From Octopus vulgaris (taxonomy: Eukaryota), in the NCBI GenBank assembly GCA_951406725.2, contig OX597820.1:10912001-10976000 (forward strand): a stretch of DNA of 64,000 bases, given 5' to 3'. Both the position numbers and the translations under genes were made by a program. Each line of letters begins with the position of its first letter. Positions within the stretch are counted from its first letter, which is position 1. This document shows positions 41,649 to 54,722 of the stretch, piece after piece. The notes under the pieces were generated by a model. It was not told where the DNA came from, searched no databases, and was given only the letters and a program-made list of their open reading frames with translations.

Positions 41649-42881
41649 AGCGCCCTCCTCATCCTCCTCCGCATCATTATTTCCTGTCCGTTCTCCATGC
41701 TGGCATGAAATATGATGACCCATCGAGATCTCATTGGTTGCTGTATAAATGTTAGAATATCCGTCACGCATTCATGTATTCGATTGCCATGAGATGATAA
41801 CTTGACATATTAGTCTAATCTCAAACACAAACAGGAGGTATCTTTCGTATTTTTTCAGTATCATTTATGCAGAACTTATACATATATATGTATAAAACTT
41901 CATTGTTAATGGTGTTCTGGAGTTGATAATAAATGAATGTTGATATTTACATAGAATCGCTTAAACATCACGTATGGGCAACTACTTTAAGTAAATGATA
42001 GACTTAGGATCGTCTTAGATAATACCAATAGCATTGTTTCCAAGCTTTCACTATTTCAATCTTTTGTTCGAAATCTCCTTCAGCTGAATACTTTTCCAAG
42101 AGGCAAAAATCACGTCAACTGCTGCCATAGATGCTGAGGGATGAATTTTCTGAAAAGAATTAGATGCTCTTTGAGATGTTAATATTAAGTTTCTTTAGGG
42201 AGCAAGCTGGCAATTTCGTTACTGCACCGGGCAAAATGTTTAGCGGCTTTTCACCCGTTTTTTAGGTTCTGAGTTGAAATTCTGCCGAGGTCGAATTTGC
42301 CCATTTATCTTTGTGGTGGAAATAAAAAAAAAAAAACAGTCGAGCACAAGGGTCTATGGAATTGGCTTTGCCCATCCCCAGGAGTTGCTTTAGAAATCTA
42401 TTGGTAGTTGTTCAGAATGTTTAACAAAATAAACCAAATGTATGGCGACAGACTATTATAAAATGCGCCTAAATACTGTGTCGATACATATGCTGAAGCG
42501 CATCCTCAAATAGAAATACATCAATATACAAACATACACACATACAAACATACACACACAGACGCATACACATACATACACACAACACATACAACACTCA
42601 CACAATACACATACAACACACACAGCACACACACACAAAACACGCATACACACATAGACATACAGACACATACACATACATACACATACACAACACACAC
42701 ACAAAAAAACACGCACACACACATACACACGCATACATATACACAACACATACACACAAAACACACACATACACAACAAACAAACAACATACACACACAA
42801 GATACACACACATGGCCTTGCTTTTTGCTCATTGAGTCAAAAAATTAACTAACTAACACACAACACACACAATACACGCGC

Positions 42882-42931
<50 letters not shown>

Positions 42932-43381
42932 TGCACTCAGACTCACATTCGCGTCGCACAGCAATAGTTTATCATAAATTCTAATTCTTAAACCTTGTTC
43001 CCTATTTCTATTTGATGTTGTTTCTCCGATTTTCTGTTTCGCCATCATTTTGCACTTCTTAATCCTTTCCTCATCCTTCCCGGATTCCTCTCATTTCCTT
43101 CCTTCCTTTCTCAGTCTTATCTTTCAAGATCATTCTCATCAGCAGGAAACCCATTTTCCTATCGCCAACGTTATCTTCTTCAAAATGATTACAAATTACT
43201 TTAACTTCATCGTCAAGGTCGTCATAACCACAATCATCGTCATCATCGTCGTCATCATCGTCGTCATCATCATCATCTTTATCATCATCTCATCACACTT
43301 ATAGTCCTTCTCCTCCTCTTCATCATCATTATCATCATTACCATCATTATCATCATCACCATCATCATCATAATCATCAGT

Positions 43382-43763
43382 GGAGGCGCAATGACCCAGT
43401 GGTTAGGGCAGCGGACTCGCGGTCATAGGATCGCGGTTTCGATTCCCAGACCGGGCGTTGTGAGTGTTTATTGAGCGAAAACACCTAAAGCTCCACGAGG
43501 TTCCGGCAGGAATGGTGGTGATCCCTGCTGTACTCTTTCACCACAACTTTCTCTCACTCTTACTTCCTGCTTCTGTTGTACCTGTATTTCAAAGGGCCGG
43601 CCTTGTCACTCTCTGTGTCACGCTGAATATCCCCGAGAACTACGTTAAGGGTACACGTGTCTGTTGAGTGCTCAGCCACTTACACGTTAATTTCACGAGC
43701 AGGCTGTTCCGTTGATTCGGATCAACCGGAACCCTCGTCGTCGCAACCGACGGAGTGCTTCCA
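43382..43763 (+). mobile_element. SINE family C
   Basis: Full length, (CCAT)n tail, inside the (ATC)n tract. Confidence 0.92.
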
Positions 43764-44233
43764 TCCATCCATCCATAATCATCATCATCACCAACATAAT
43801 CATCTTCATCACCATCATCGTCATCATCACCATCATCATCATCATCATCCTTATAATCCTCAGCATTATCAGCAGCGTCATCATCACCATCATCATTATC
43901 ATCATCCTCGTCTTCATCACCAGCATCATCTTCATCATCATGATCGTATCATCCTATAATCCTCCTCCTCCTCATCATCATCATCACCATCAACCTTATA
44001 ATACTCAGCACCATCAGCAGCTTCATCATCACCATCATCATTATCATCGTCCTCATCTCCATCCTCATCAGCATCATCGTCTTCATCTTCATCTTCGCTA
44101 GCATCATCATCGTCGTCGTCATCATTATCATCAACTTTATCATCATCATCGTCATCATCCTTATAATCCTCGACTTCATCATCATCATCATCATCACCAG
44201 CATCATCGTCATCATCCTCATCATCATCAGCAG

Positions 44234-44281
<48 letters not shown>

Positions 44282-44355
44282 TATAATCCTCAGCCTCATC
44301 AGTAGCGTCATCATCACCATCATCATTATTATCGTCCTCGTCTTCATCATCACCC

Positions 44356-44388
<33 letters not shown>

Positions 44389-44612
44389 CCATCACCACCA
44401 CTACCACCACCATCATCATCATCATCATCATCATCACCATCATCATCATGATGATCATCATCATCACCATCATCATCCCCAGCATCATCAGCAGCGTCAT
44501 CATCAACATAGCAGCCAAATCTCTCTCCAATCAAAACCTGCCGCATTAGAAAAATAAACAAAGCATCATCATCATCATCATCATCATTACCATCATCATC
44601 ACCACCACCACC

Positions 44613-44645
<33 letters not shown>

Positions 44646-45224
44646 GTCGTCGTCGTCGTCATCTTCGTCTTTATCTTCATCTTTATCATCACCATCATCA
44701 CCATCCTCGTCATCGTCATCATTATCCTGATGACCAATCGTATTTGCCACCAAGACAAGATTAGTTCCGTTTGGAAAAGCGATAAAGCAGGAGCTTATAA
44801 TCTACGGTAAACATTGCACGTTGTTACCGTTATCTTTGTTTTTCTCGCTGGTAATGAATGGTTTCAAGTATGTTTGGGGTGGGGTGGGGATGAAGGCATG
44901 CTACCACAGTATGGCGGAGGTGATGAATGGTGATGGTGATGGTAATGTTGGTGTTGATGTCAGTGTTAGTGAGAGGGTGTTGATGGTATGGTTGTGGTGA
45001 TATGTTGGCGGTGTTGGTGGTGGTGTTGATGGTGGTGGTGGTGGTGGTGATATGTTGGCGGTGTTGGTGCTGGTGATGATGGTGGTGGTGGTGGTGGTAA
45101 TGGTGGTGGTGGTGTCGGTAATGCTATAAGGTGATCGAAGGTGTCATAGTGGTGGTGTGGTGGGTGATGTTGGTGTTGATGTCAGTGTTAGTGAGAGGGT
45201 GTTGATGGTATGGCTGTGGTGATG

Positions 45225-45453
45225 GGCGGCGAGCTGGCAGAAACGTTAGCACGCCGGGCGAACTGCGTAGCCGTATTTCGTCTGCCGTTACGTTCTGAGT
45301 TCAAATTCAGCCGAGGTCGACTTTGCCTTCCATCCTTTCGGGGTCGATTAAATAAGTACCAGTTACGCACTGAGGTCGAAATAATCGACTTAATCCGTTT
45401 GTCTGTCCTTGTTTGTCCCCTCTGTGTTTAGCCCCTGTGGGTAGTAAAGAAAG
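45225..45453 (+). mobile_element. SINE family A
   Basis: Full monomer; TSD GGTATGGYTGTGGTGAT. Confidence 0.92.
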
Positions 45454-46319
45454 AGGTATGGTTGTGGTGATATGTTGGCCTAGTTATGGTGGTGGTGGTT
45501 GTGGGGGTTGTGGTGGTATCGGTGGTAGTGTTATAAGGTGATCGAAGGTGCCACAGTGGTGGTATGATTAGTGAATTGGTGTTGGTATGGTGATGGGGAC
45601 GTGTTGGTTGTAGTGTGACGGTGACGAGATAAGATGTTGTGATAAGGGATTTCAGCACTGGCCATCCAATTATTTGAGAAATAACCTATCAAGTACTACC
45701 TTGTCTACTCTGTTTACTCTTCTAATGCGGCAGATTTTGATTGGAGAGAGATTTGGCTGCTATGTTGATGATGACGCTGCTGATGATGCTGGGAATTATA
45801 AAGATGATGATGATGAAGAGGAGGAGTATAAGGATGATGACTATGATGATGATAAAGATGATGATACGGACGATGATGATGATGATGACGACGATGATGA
45901 TCATAAAGATGATGATGATGACGATGATGGTGATTATGACGATGGTGGTGATGCAATTAAAGTAATTTGTAATCATTTTGAATAAGTTTATGAGGAAATA
46001 TATTCACCTGACATTATCTTTTCTCTTTTACTTGCATTACTTATTGGACTGCAGCCATGCTAGGACAACACATTGAACGGCTTAGAAATCGATCCCAGTA
46101 CTTATCGCTTTTAAGGCCTGGTACTTTTTCTCTATCGATCTCATTCGCCGAACTAGTCATTTTCGCGGGAGTAAATAAACCAACATCGGTTGTCAAACAG
46201 TAGTGGGAACAAACGCAAGCACACTAATAAAAGTTCTTACACACAGACACATAGACACACAAACACACATACACATACAAACACACACACATATACACAC
46301 ATACAAACATATGAGTAAT

Positions 46320-46692
46320 CTAGCTGTTGGACCAGGCATTGCTCTTCTTTTCTATGTTGAATTAAGCCCACCTCTGACCTTGTATTGAAAAAGCATTTCC
46401 TTAGAGATTATTCTATAGATTTTGTTGAAATTTTACACTTGAAAAAATGCAAAAGCTGCAGAAAAATAACATAGTTATGGGAATTTCCATTCAAACGCCC
46501 GATTGAGCACACAAAAATCGATGCCCACTGAGCATTATCGAGTTTTCGAAAAATTCCGGCTTATTTAAACTTCTGGGCATGTGATGTACCTATGTACCAA
46601 AAATCATTAAAATCGGTTGGACGGTGTGGGAGGAGTTAGAGTAACCCCAAACACATACACAGACACACCATTACACTTTTTATGTATATAGA
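46320..46692 (-). mobile_element. Possible degenerate non-autonomous Helitron
   Basis: CTAGCTGTTGGACCAGGCATTGCTC end and CACAGACACACC...TTTTATGTATATAGA|T end. Confidence 0.45.
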
Positions 46693-47266
46693 TGTGTGTT
46701 TATGCTTGTATACATATGTATGTATGTGTGTGTGTATAATTGTAAGATCCAAGGATTTATGTGTAGGACGTTTGTAAGCTTCGAGCAGTCCGTAGTAGGT
46801 ATAAAAAAACAACGTTCAAGAACAATAATAATTTACTGGCGTCGAAGAATGTAGATTTTTCCCATATCGAAATTCGAAAAGCTGAAAATGTTTTGTATAG
46901 ATCGTGGTTAGCAATTACAGTTGCTATGAATGCGAATAAAAATCCAAATTGAGGGGAGGGAACAGGTAAAATACACAGGTAAAATTCAGGCTACGGTCCT
47001 AGCAGATCTACTGACGTAAGAATTACTCAACAAGGGGTACTCAATCAGCTAATCTACAGGCTGAAAATATTTTGATTATATTACATTGTCGTGTGGGAAT
47101 CCCAAAGTTCCTAAATCCATCATCAATATTTCTATTCTTTCATAGCCTCATCGTCAGTAAGAAGAGATGTTGGTGTGTATTACTGCCCCTTGATTTTATA
47201 AATAATAATCATGATTGATGAAGACATTGTAACCAAGGGTTTTTAGTTATTAAAATTTTCATGTGC

Positions 47267-47617
47267 AGCTGGCAGAATCGTTAGCACGCCGAGGTCAACT
47301 TTGCCTTTCATCATTTCGGGGTCGATTAAATAAGTACCAGTTACGCACTGGGGCCCACATAATCGACTTAATCCGTTTGTCTGTCCTTCTTTGTCCTCTC
47401 TGTGTTTAGCCCCATGTGGGTAGTAAAGAAATAGGTATTTCGTATAGCGTTACGTTCTGAGTTCAAACTCCACCGAGGTCGACTTTGCCTTTCATCCTTT
47501 CGGGGTCGATTCAATAAGTACCAGTTACGCACTTGGGTCGACGTAATCGATCGAAACCCTTTGTCTGTCCTTGTTTGTCCCCTCTATGTTTAGCCACCTT
47601 TTGGGCAATAAAGAAAT
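47267..47617 (+). mobile_element. SINE family A dimer
   Basis: AAAGAAATAG|GTATTTCG junction at ~47434. Confidence 0.88.
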
Positions 47618-48050
47618 AAATACTTTCTCTGTGAGATATGAGGCGAGCTATCAGGATCGTTAGGACGCCGGACAAAACACTTAAAGTTATTTCCTGCATC
47701 TTTACGCTGCTTTCGGGGTCATAAAAATGATTATCAATTCAACACTGAGGGAGATGTACTCAACTTACCCCTCCCCCCAAAATTGCTGGCCTCGTGCCAA
47801 AATTTGAAACCAATATTTTATGAGTGAAATGCTTCTCTTTTGTCACTGCATGTTATATAAACTGTTTACTTCATCATTTAACAATGCTCTGTGTTTGTTA
47901 AACATATTTCTCCGTGTGTCTCTGTGCGTCTGTATGCTGTTATGTGCATGGTGTGTGTCCGTGTATTCCTGTGCGCGAGCAATATATTCGCGCATATCAA
48001 AACATCTTCGTACAAACACACACACATTTTATAAACTTAATAATCTGCAG

Positions 48051-48084
48051 GATGTTGTCGCTGCATCTGCAGTCACTGCCGACG
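48051..48084 (+). CDS. Candidate 34-nt Cys-rich micro-exon (CCRCICSHCR)
   Basis: Acceptor ...AATCTGCAG, donor ACG|GTGAGG; phase 1 to 2, bridges the 34965 and 51168 candidates. Confidence 0.35.
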
Positions 48085-48704
48085 GTGAGGGATGATGTTC
48101 ATCAGTTGTCGATCTAATTTTTATCCATTTATACGCTGACAATCGTTGAGAGTCAATGCTTCACTTTTAAATATTTCACAATATAAACGTTTATTGTGAT
48201 GTCGATTTTGCATTTTCATTCGCGCGATGCGATGAATGGATATAATAAATTAAATTTATACTTCATACATCAGATCCAGCTGTTGAATTTCCAAGATTAA
48301 AGTTTGCAATAACCATGTAAAATTCCTAACAATTTAGCCCTATTTCATCTAAAAGAAAGTATGGAAATTATAAAATATTCTTTATAGTTAATCTTCAAGC
48401 TAAAACACGTGGTTTTCAATTTCCTTCAGTGCCTAAAACGACCGCTTAATAAAATTCTCAATTTCCCATTTATCTAAAATAAAATACCTTTTGTACATAT
48501 GAAGGCATCTGAAGTCAGCGGGAACGAGAAAGTCGACGACTATTGTGAAATGAAGTGATGATGTTATCGATGATGATGACGACGATGATGACGATGACGA
48601 CGACGACGACGTTAATAAAAGCAATAGAAACACCACCAACAACAACGACAACAACGACAATAATAATAATAATGATAATAATAATGATAATGATAATAAT
48701 GATA

Positions 48705-48739
<35 letters not shown>

Positions 48740-49269
48740 AATAATGATAATAATGGAGATTGGGAGGGAAATGATAAGGAAGATATGAAAGGAAGGCAAG
48801 ATGAAAATAGCGGGATTTAGAGAATGGAACAAAAGAAAATGAAAGGCGGAAAGACAGAAATATTTCACAATATGTTTGAATAGATCAGAAATGATCTTTG
48901 AGAGTGTTTTCTCCCAAATAGACCCCAACTAATCATGAATATAAGATCTCACTGCTTTATATCATCGATATTTTCATAAAAGTGAACGGCATCCCAATAA
49001 TTTGCTGCAGAATCTAAACAGAAGGCAACTGAGCGAACAATTGAAATCTGTTCGTATACATCTAAACAGATTGGCAATTGCTCACACAAATGCCGATACA
49101 AATGTTTCTGCAATCAGAATATTGCATATATATATATATACACAGGGCTTACAAAATTCCAAGGTAGCAAACCAAGGTATCAAACAAAATTAGTCATTTT
49201 TCTGTAAGAAAAGGTAATTAGATACGGGGAGAAACTAAAAAGATTGGAAGCCACTAAAAAGCAAATTGC

Positions 49270-49838
49270 AGTGAAGACCATTGTCTAACGGTCAGGGCTA
49301 TGAATTTTGTTTGCACTTGAGGAAAGATCTGGCGTCTTTTCTGCTGCGAGAGAAGGGTAATCCTGTTCCTCATGGGAGGATCCTGCATGGGTGTGTGAAC
49401 TCGGATTCCTGTTGGACATCACTGGACATCTAAACGTACTGAACATCCAGCTGCTGGGTAAAGACGTCCTGGTACCTGACCTCTTCGCCCACGTGAAGGC
49501 ATTCGAATGCAAACGTCGCCTGTGGAAGCATCAGTTCAAACCGAAGCTGATGAAGAACAAGACAAGAGCACAGCTTACAGACGCTCCTCTTCAAGACATT
49601 CTCCTCCTGGTCTCCTTGTCCATCAAATTGACTCTCTATCTGTTTCAAAGAATCACCAGCCTTCACATTAATCGTTTCACATTGTGATTACTGCAAGTCT
49701 TAATAAAGGTTCAATTTACATTTATTATCATTGATTTTGTGTGCTTGTTATTTTTGGGGGTTGGGAGGGGGTGCGGCCCGCGAGGTGGCCTAGACGTGGC
49801 CCAGTGGCCCGCGACCTGGTTTAAGTTGCCGACGCCTA
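49270..49838 (+). mobile_element. Internally deleted hAT (SPIN/Charlie, GTF2IRD2-like) transposon 3' part
   Basis: WVCELGFLLDITGHLNVLNIQLLGK...VKAF and MKNKTRAQLTD motifs; GCGGCCCGCG subterminal repeats; TIR GTTGCCGACGCCT. Confidence 0.85.
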
Positions 49839-50117
49839 GTCTAACCGTATAACAAATTCTAACGCATAGTTTACAAAGTTTGTGAAAAAGCTAAATTAAA
49901 ACGAATCGTTATTAATTATTATTCTTTGCCACGTTAAACCATTTATATTTTATCTCAGACTATCAAAAACCTAATGTGCATATGTTGAGGTTGTAGGCGC
50001 TACAACCTAGAAACGAACTCAAATGTTCATGTCTAAAAGATACTTCTATCCTTCCCAGAACTGTTAGAGACATTTAAAAGAAAAACCCTTTGGAAAGCTG
50101 AATAACTAAGTTTCGGT

Positions 50118-50483
50118 GGAGGCGCAATGGCCCAGTGGTTAGGGCAGCGGACTCGCGGTCATAGGATCGCGGTTTCGATTCCTAGACCGGGCGTTGTGAG
50201 TGTTTATTGAGTGAAAACACCTAAAAGCTGATGGTGGTGATCCCTGCTGTACTCTTTCACCACAACTTTCTCTCACTCTTACTTCCTGTTTCTGTTGTAC
50301 CTGTATTTCAAGGGGCCGGCCTTGTCACTCTCTGTGTCACGCTGAATATCCCCGAGAACTACGTTAAGGGTGCACGTGTCTGTGGAGTGCTCAACCACTT
50401 ACACGTTAATTTCACGAGCAGGCTGTTCCGTTGATTCGGATCAACCGGAACCCTCATCGTCGTAACCGACGGAGTGCTTCCAC
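50118..50483 (+). mobile_element. SINE family C
   Basis: 12-bp TSD AACTAAGTTTCG at 50104-50115 and 50484-50495. Confidence 0.92.
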
Positions 50484-50537
50484 AACTAAGTTTCGAGAAT
50501 ATTCTAACCACTTTCATAATATATATATAAATATGTT

Positions 50538-50910
50538 AGCACAGGCGTGGCTGTGTGGTACGAAGCTTGCTTCCTAACGATACGGTCTCAAGTTCAGTTC
50601 CACTGCATGGCACCTTGGGCAAGTGGTTTTCGCTATAGCCACGCGTCGACCAGAGCCTTGTGAGAGAATTTGGTAAAAGGAATTAAAATAAAGCCGTCGT
50701 ATATAAGTTTGTGTCCCTCACCACCGACTGACAACCGCTGTTGGTGTGTTTGCATCCCCGTAACTTTGTGTTTCGACACAAAAAACCGACAGTACAAGTA
50801 CCGAGCTTCAAACTAATCAGCACAGGTGTCTATTTTTTCGGCAAAAATTCTTCAAGGCGGTGCTGCAGCATGGCCGTAGTCTAATGACTGAAACAAGTAA
50901 ACGAAAAGAT
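50538..50910 (+). mobile_element. SINE family B (diverged)
   Basis: CACCTTGGGCAAGTG; CAGCATGGCCG...TGACTGAAACAAGTAAA. Confidence 0.85.
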
Positions 50911-51167
50911 AAAATAACAATCTAAATTCAAAAGGTTTTATTTTCGGAAATATAATTTTGCATCTTCGAACAGGACTAGAATCCTTTACAGAAGTTTCTT
51001 ATCTAAATAACATCAATTCTTATCTTCTTCAATCCCTATTCTAACAGAAACCAGGTTTTTAACAAAGAAGAAACTGAAAAGATTAATAAATAAAAAGGTT
51101 ATTAAGATTTAGATATATCGGATAACGAAGACTTACTGTCTTTACAAAACGTTATTTTACTTTTCAG

Positions 51168-51267
51168 GATTATAGTATCACTTTTACGTATAGCCGTTCA
51201 GAAAGGCTTATCAACCGAACAAGAACGGATATTGGCACAATTGCGAAACATCTTAGATAATATCTAA
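51168..51267 (+). CDS. Candidate terminal coding exon (IIVSLLRIAVQKGLSTEQERILAQLRNILDNI*)
   Basis: Strong acceptor TTATTTTACTTTTCAG|G, 32 open codons with amphipathic composition, AATAAA at ~51339. Confidence 0.4.
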
Positions 51268-51607
51268 AATGAAGCTAACGTCAATCTTTTTTTTTTCCTT
51301 TGGAGAATATCAATTCCGTAATGATGTGGTTTAATCCCAATAAAAAAAACACAGAGCAGTGTTTTGTTGTATTTTCTAATCCATTTTGACACTATAAACT
51401 ATTTGATTGTCGATCTCCTTTCATAAGATAATGTTAACTTCGCTGACAATTCTTCACCATAACCATCTTTGTAATTCAAAACATTTTAAACGCTTGGGAA
51501 TCTATTTTGCTTAATGACAATGTTATTTGGAAAAAGCTTTCTTTTGTTTATGTTCATGCTAGTATGAGCGCAAGAGGCATTGTGAGACGTGATGTTATGT
51601 AGGAATA

Positions 51608-51980
51608 CTAGCAGCATCGCCCGGCATTGTTCGGGTTTGTTTCAACCCTTTAGAATTGGAATTTTTGAAAAGTAAAAGTTTTGCATTATGTAGCTTGTTA
51701 TTCTCTTTAAGTGGACATTTTTCTGGTTGAAATACACCGTAAAATGGCGACACAGCAGTCAAAAAATCGTAAAAAATAGGGATTTTCATAGAAAAAATGC
51801 ACCTTTTTGATGTAAATAATTTTTGGTGCTAACATAGTCCAATTTGAATTTTTTCTTCTAGGGAAGGAGGAGCAAGCCTTCTTCTATCATACTCTCGATA
51901 GGGTATCGGAGGAGATAGTGTTAGTTGAAGGCTACCAAACCTGCCATACACAGACAACTTCAGCTTTATATATTTAGAGA
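51608..51980 (-). mobile_element. Non-autonomous Helitron (same subfamily as 5373-5765)
   Basis: Collinear with 5373-5765; TC/CTAG ends at an AT site. Confidence 0.85.
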
Positions 51981-52587
51981 TGTGTTACAAATTTTCTACA
52001 CACTGTATTTTTCTTCATCAGCAGAAATATGTAGAAAGGTTGAAGGTTAGTACGCAGAATCTTAATCCCAAACTGCTGAAAATCTCTGAAAAAAACTCTA
52101 TAAAATTTTCAAGAACTTAAAACTATGGAATTTAATCTATGCTCATCAGCGCACATTTTCACTTTCTGGGAAACCTCATAAGTTACATTACATTGAAAGA
52201 ATCTCTAGTCATCAAAAATATATTCTAGTTAAAGAATGAATCTTCGCTTATTTTCAACTTTTCCGCTAAGGAAATTATATTAAGTTAGGTATTACAATGA
52301 CACATTGAAATGTAGTAGATCCCCTGAAAAAATTAGGTTTTTATGAAGAGCTAATCTATCTAAAATTAAGCTAACTTGTTTCAAGAGATAATGAACATAC
52401 TGGCTGTGCATGTCTTCACATATCTGTTATATTCCTAAAACGTATGAACCAAATGCCAATTAAATGTTAATTAAAGAACATGATGCACTCAGGAAACGTT
52501 GGTTCTCTAAGAATGCTTGTTATATATCTAAATAGAGATACGAAATATTTGTTGCATAAACTCTCTTCTGTGTCTCAATAACTTGTA

Positions 52588-52804
52588 CGAAGGGGTGCCG
52601 AAAAGCTCATGGCTTTGAGTAAAAGGAAATAGAGGAGGATCAGTTAATTATGATTTTATTCAAAATGTTTCCCTCTCAGATTCACTCACTTGCTGCAGCG
52701 GTCGTTCAGTTTTTCTAAGCCCCGTAAAAGAACTCGGAATGGTGAGCTTCTAACCAGGTCTTTCGCGACACTCTTAAAGCCAGGAACATTTTAGCACCTT
52801 CTCG
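52588..52804 (-). mobile_element. Mariner-derived MITE
   Basis: TA-CGAAGGGGTGCCGAAAAG... / ...CATTTTAGCACCTTCTCG TIRs. Confidence 0.78.
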
Positions 52805-52819
52805 TGTGTGTGTGTATGT

Positions 52820-52927
<108 letters not shown>

Positions 52928-53467
52928 GTTCGTCCATAACACCACGGCTTTCCACCCGGTGTCGATCGATTTGTTCCCGTTCCATGACTTAATGGCTCGG
53001 CGATAGAGGATGATAGAATAAGCACCAGAATATTTTTTTGTAATCCAGGGTTGATTTGTTCGACTAAAACTCTTTTTGACGGCGGCTCAGCATGGCCGCA
53101 ACCCAATGACTGTGTAACAAGTAACAGATAAAAGATAAACGATAGAAGATAGAAGATAGTATTCATCCTATTTCATATCTCGATATAAAATTTAAAACAT
53201 AAAAACTTTACATCTTGCAACGTTAAATATAAGCATGAACTCTCTCAGTGCTTCTTTAGTTCTTTGTCGCTTTCTCTAAGGTTAAGATTCTCCAGCAGAA
53301 ATGTTATAATCGAAAAAAAAAAATGTTATAATCTTACTAACATTATATCATCTGAGACATTTAGATATTTTCTAGCAATACTGATAAAATCATCACAAAG
53401 GAATCTGAATAAAAATACTGTAGCATATGTAAAGCTAGGCGGGTTTTATGATAAAGCATAATATAAT

Positions 53468-53527
<60 letters not shown>

Positions 53528-53879
53528 CGTTTACATATATAAATACATATAAATATATACATATATGTGTGTGTGTGTATGTGTGTGTGCATGCGAGTGT
53601 GTGTATGAAATGTATGCATGTATTTATATGTGTATGTATGAATGTACATATGTAAAAGTGGTTTTATCTATGCGGAATGTATATGTGTGAACTTTACATA
53701 AGTTGATAAGCGATTCATCTTGATAAAATTCTACAATATATGTTCTAAAATGAGAGATATTTGAAATGCAATTTATTTTATTGTATAGGTGTAAGTGTAC
53801 GCGTGTGCGTTTGTGTGCGCCAATAACATATACACACACGTAAACACACACACACACACGCGCACACATATACACACAC

Positions 53880-53942
<63 letters not shown>

Positions 53943-53973
53943 CATATATATACATATATGTGTATAGATGTAT

Positions 53974-54020
<47 letters not shown>

Positions 54021-54022
<2 letters not shown>

Positions 54023-54219
54023 CTTTATTTAAAAGCTACAGAAATGTAACAAAGGCTGTTACTCAGAGCCTCACGTTCCCGTTCGACGAATGGGAACGTT
54101 AAACTCTGAGTAACAGCTTTTGTTATATTTCTGCTGCTTTTAAATAAAGTATATTACTCTACCTCTGGTATTTCAGTACTCTTTTTTTCCACCTTGTTTC
54201 ACATTTATGTTCCTCCGGT
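54021..54219 (+). mobile_element. Fold-back hammerhead-like element in (TA)n
   Basis: 65-bp-arm hairpin at 54021-54151 plus unique tail; homologous to 60565-60765. Confidence 0.75.
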
Positions 54220-54240
54220 ATATATATATATGTATATATA

Positions 54241-54403
54241 GGAGGATCAGTTAATCTGAATTTATTCAACGTTCCCTCTCAGATTCACTCCTTGCAGCGG
54301 TCGTTCAGTTTTTCTAAGCCCTGTAAAAGAACTCGGAAAGGTGAGCTTCTAACCAGGTCTTTCGCGACACTCTTAAAACCAGGAACATTTTAGCACCTTC
54401 TCG
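54241..54403 (-). mobile_element. Partial mariner MITE, duplicate of ~52633-52804
   Basis: Same diagnostic bases and same TG flank. Confidence 0.75.
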
Positions 54404-54448
54404 TGTTTGTGTGTATGTGTGTATGTGTGTGTGTGTGTGTGTGTGTGT

Positions 54449-54511
<63 letters not shown>

Positions 54512-54535
54512 TGTATGTATGTATGTATGTATATA

Positions 54536-54722
54536 GGGAGAGTTTACAAATAAAACAAAAGACGAAGACAGGTGGTGTACAAAACAAACAGATGTATTAG
54601 TATAACGCCTAGGAATAGAAAAAGTCTTTTACGTTTCGAGCCTACGCTCTTCTACAGAAAGGGACACAGAAAAAAAAAACAAGGAGAGAAACAAAATGTG
54701 TGTAGTGGCTACCGATCTATCA
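54536..54722 (-). mobile_element. Penelope-pLTR-like repeat with variant hammerhead at 54626-54661
   Basis: CUUU-CUGUAGA-A-GAGC(GUAG)GCUC-GAA-ACGU-A-AAAG. Confidence 0.7.

Larger units (their letters stand above)
43179..45982. repeat. Large inverted duplication built on (ATC)n/(GAT)n tracts
   Basis: Unique anchors TTCAAAATGATTACAAATTACTTTAA (43179) and CTCTCTCCAATCAAAACCTGCCGCATTAGAA (44521) recur inverted at ~45957-45982 and ~45720-45750. Confidence 0.8.

Noticed and set aside
43938-44753. 271-aa Asp-rich ORF with FLAG-like DYKDDDD repeats
   Set aside because: Translation of a (GAT)n minisatellite; not the exact tag, no vector context, and several frames are open
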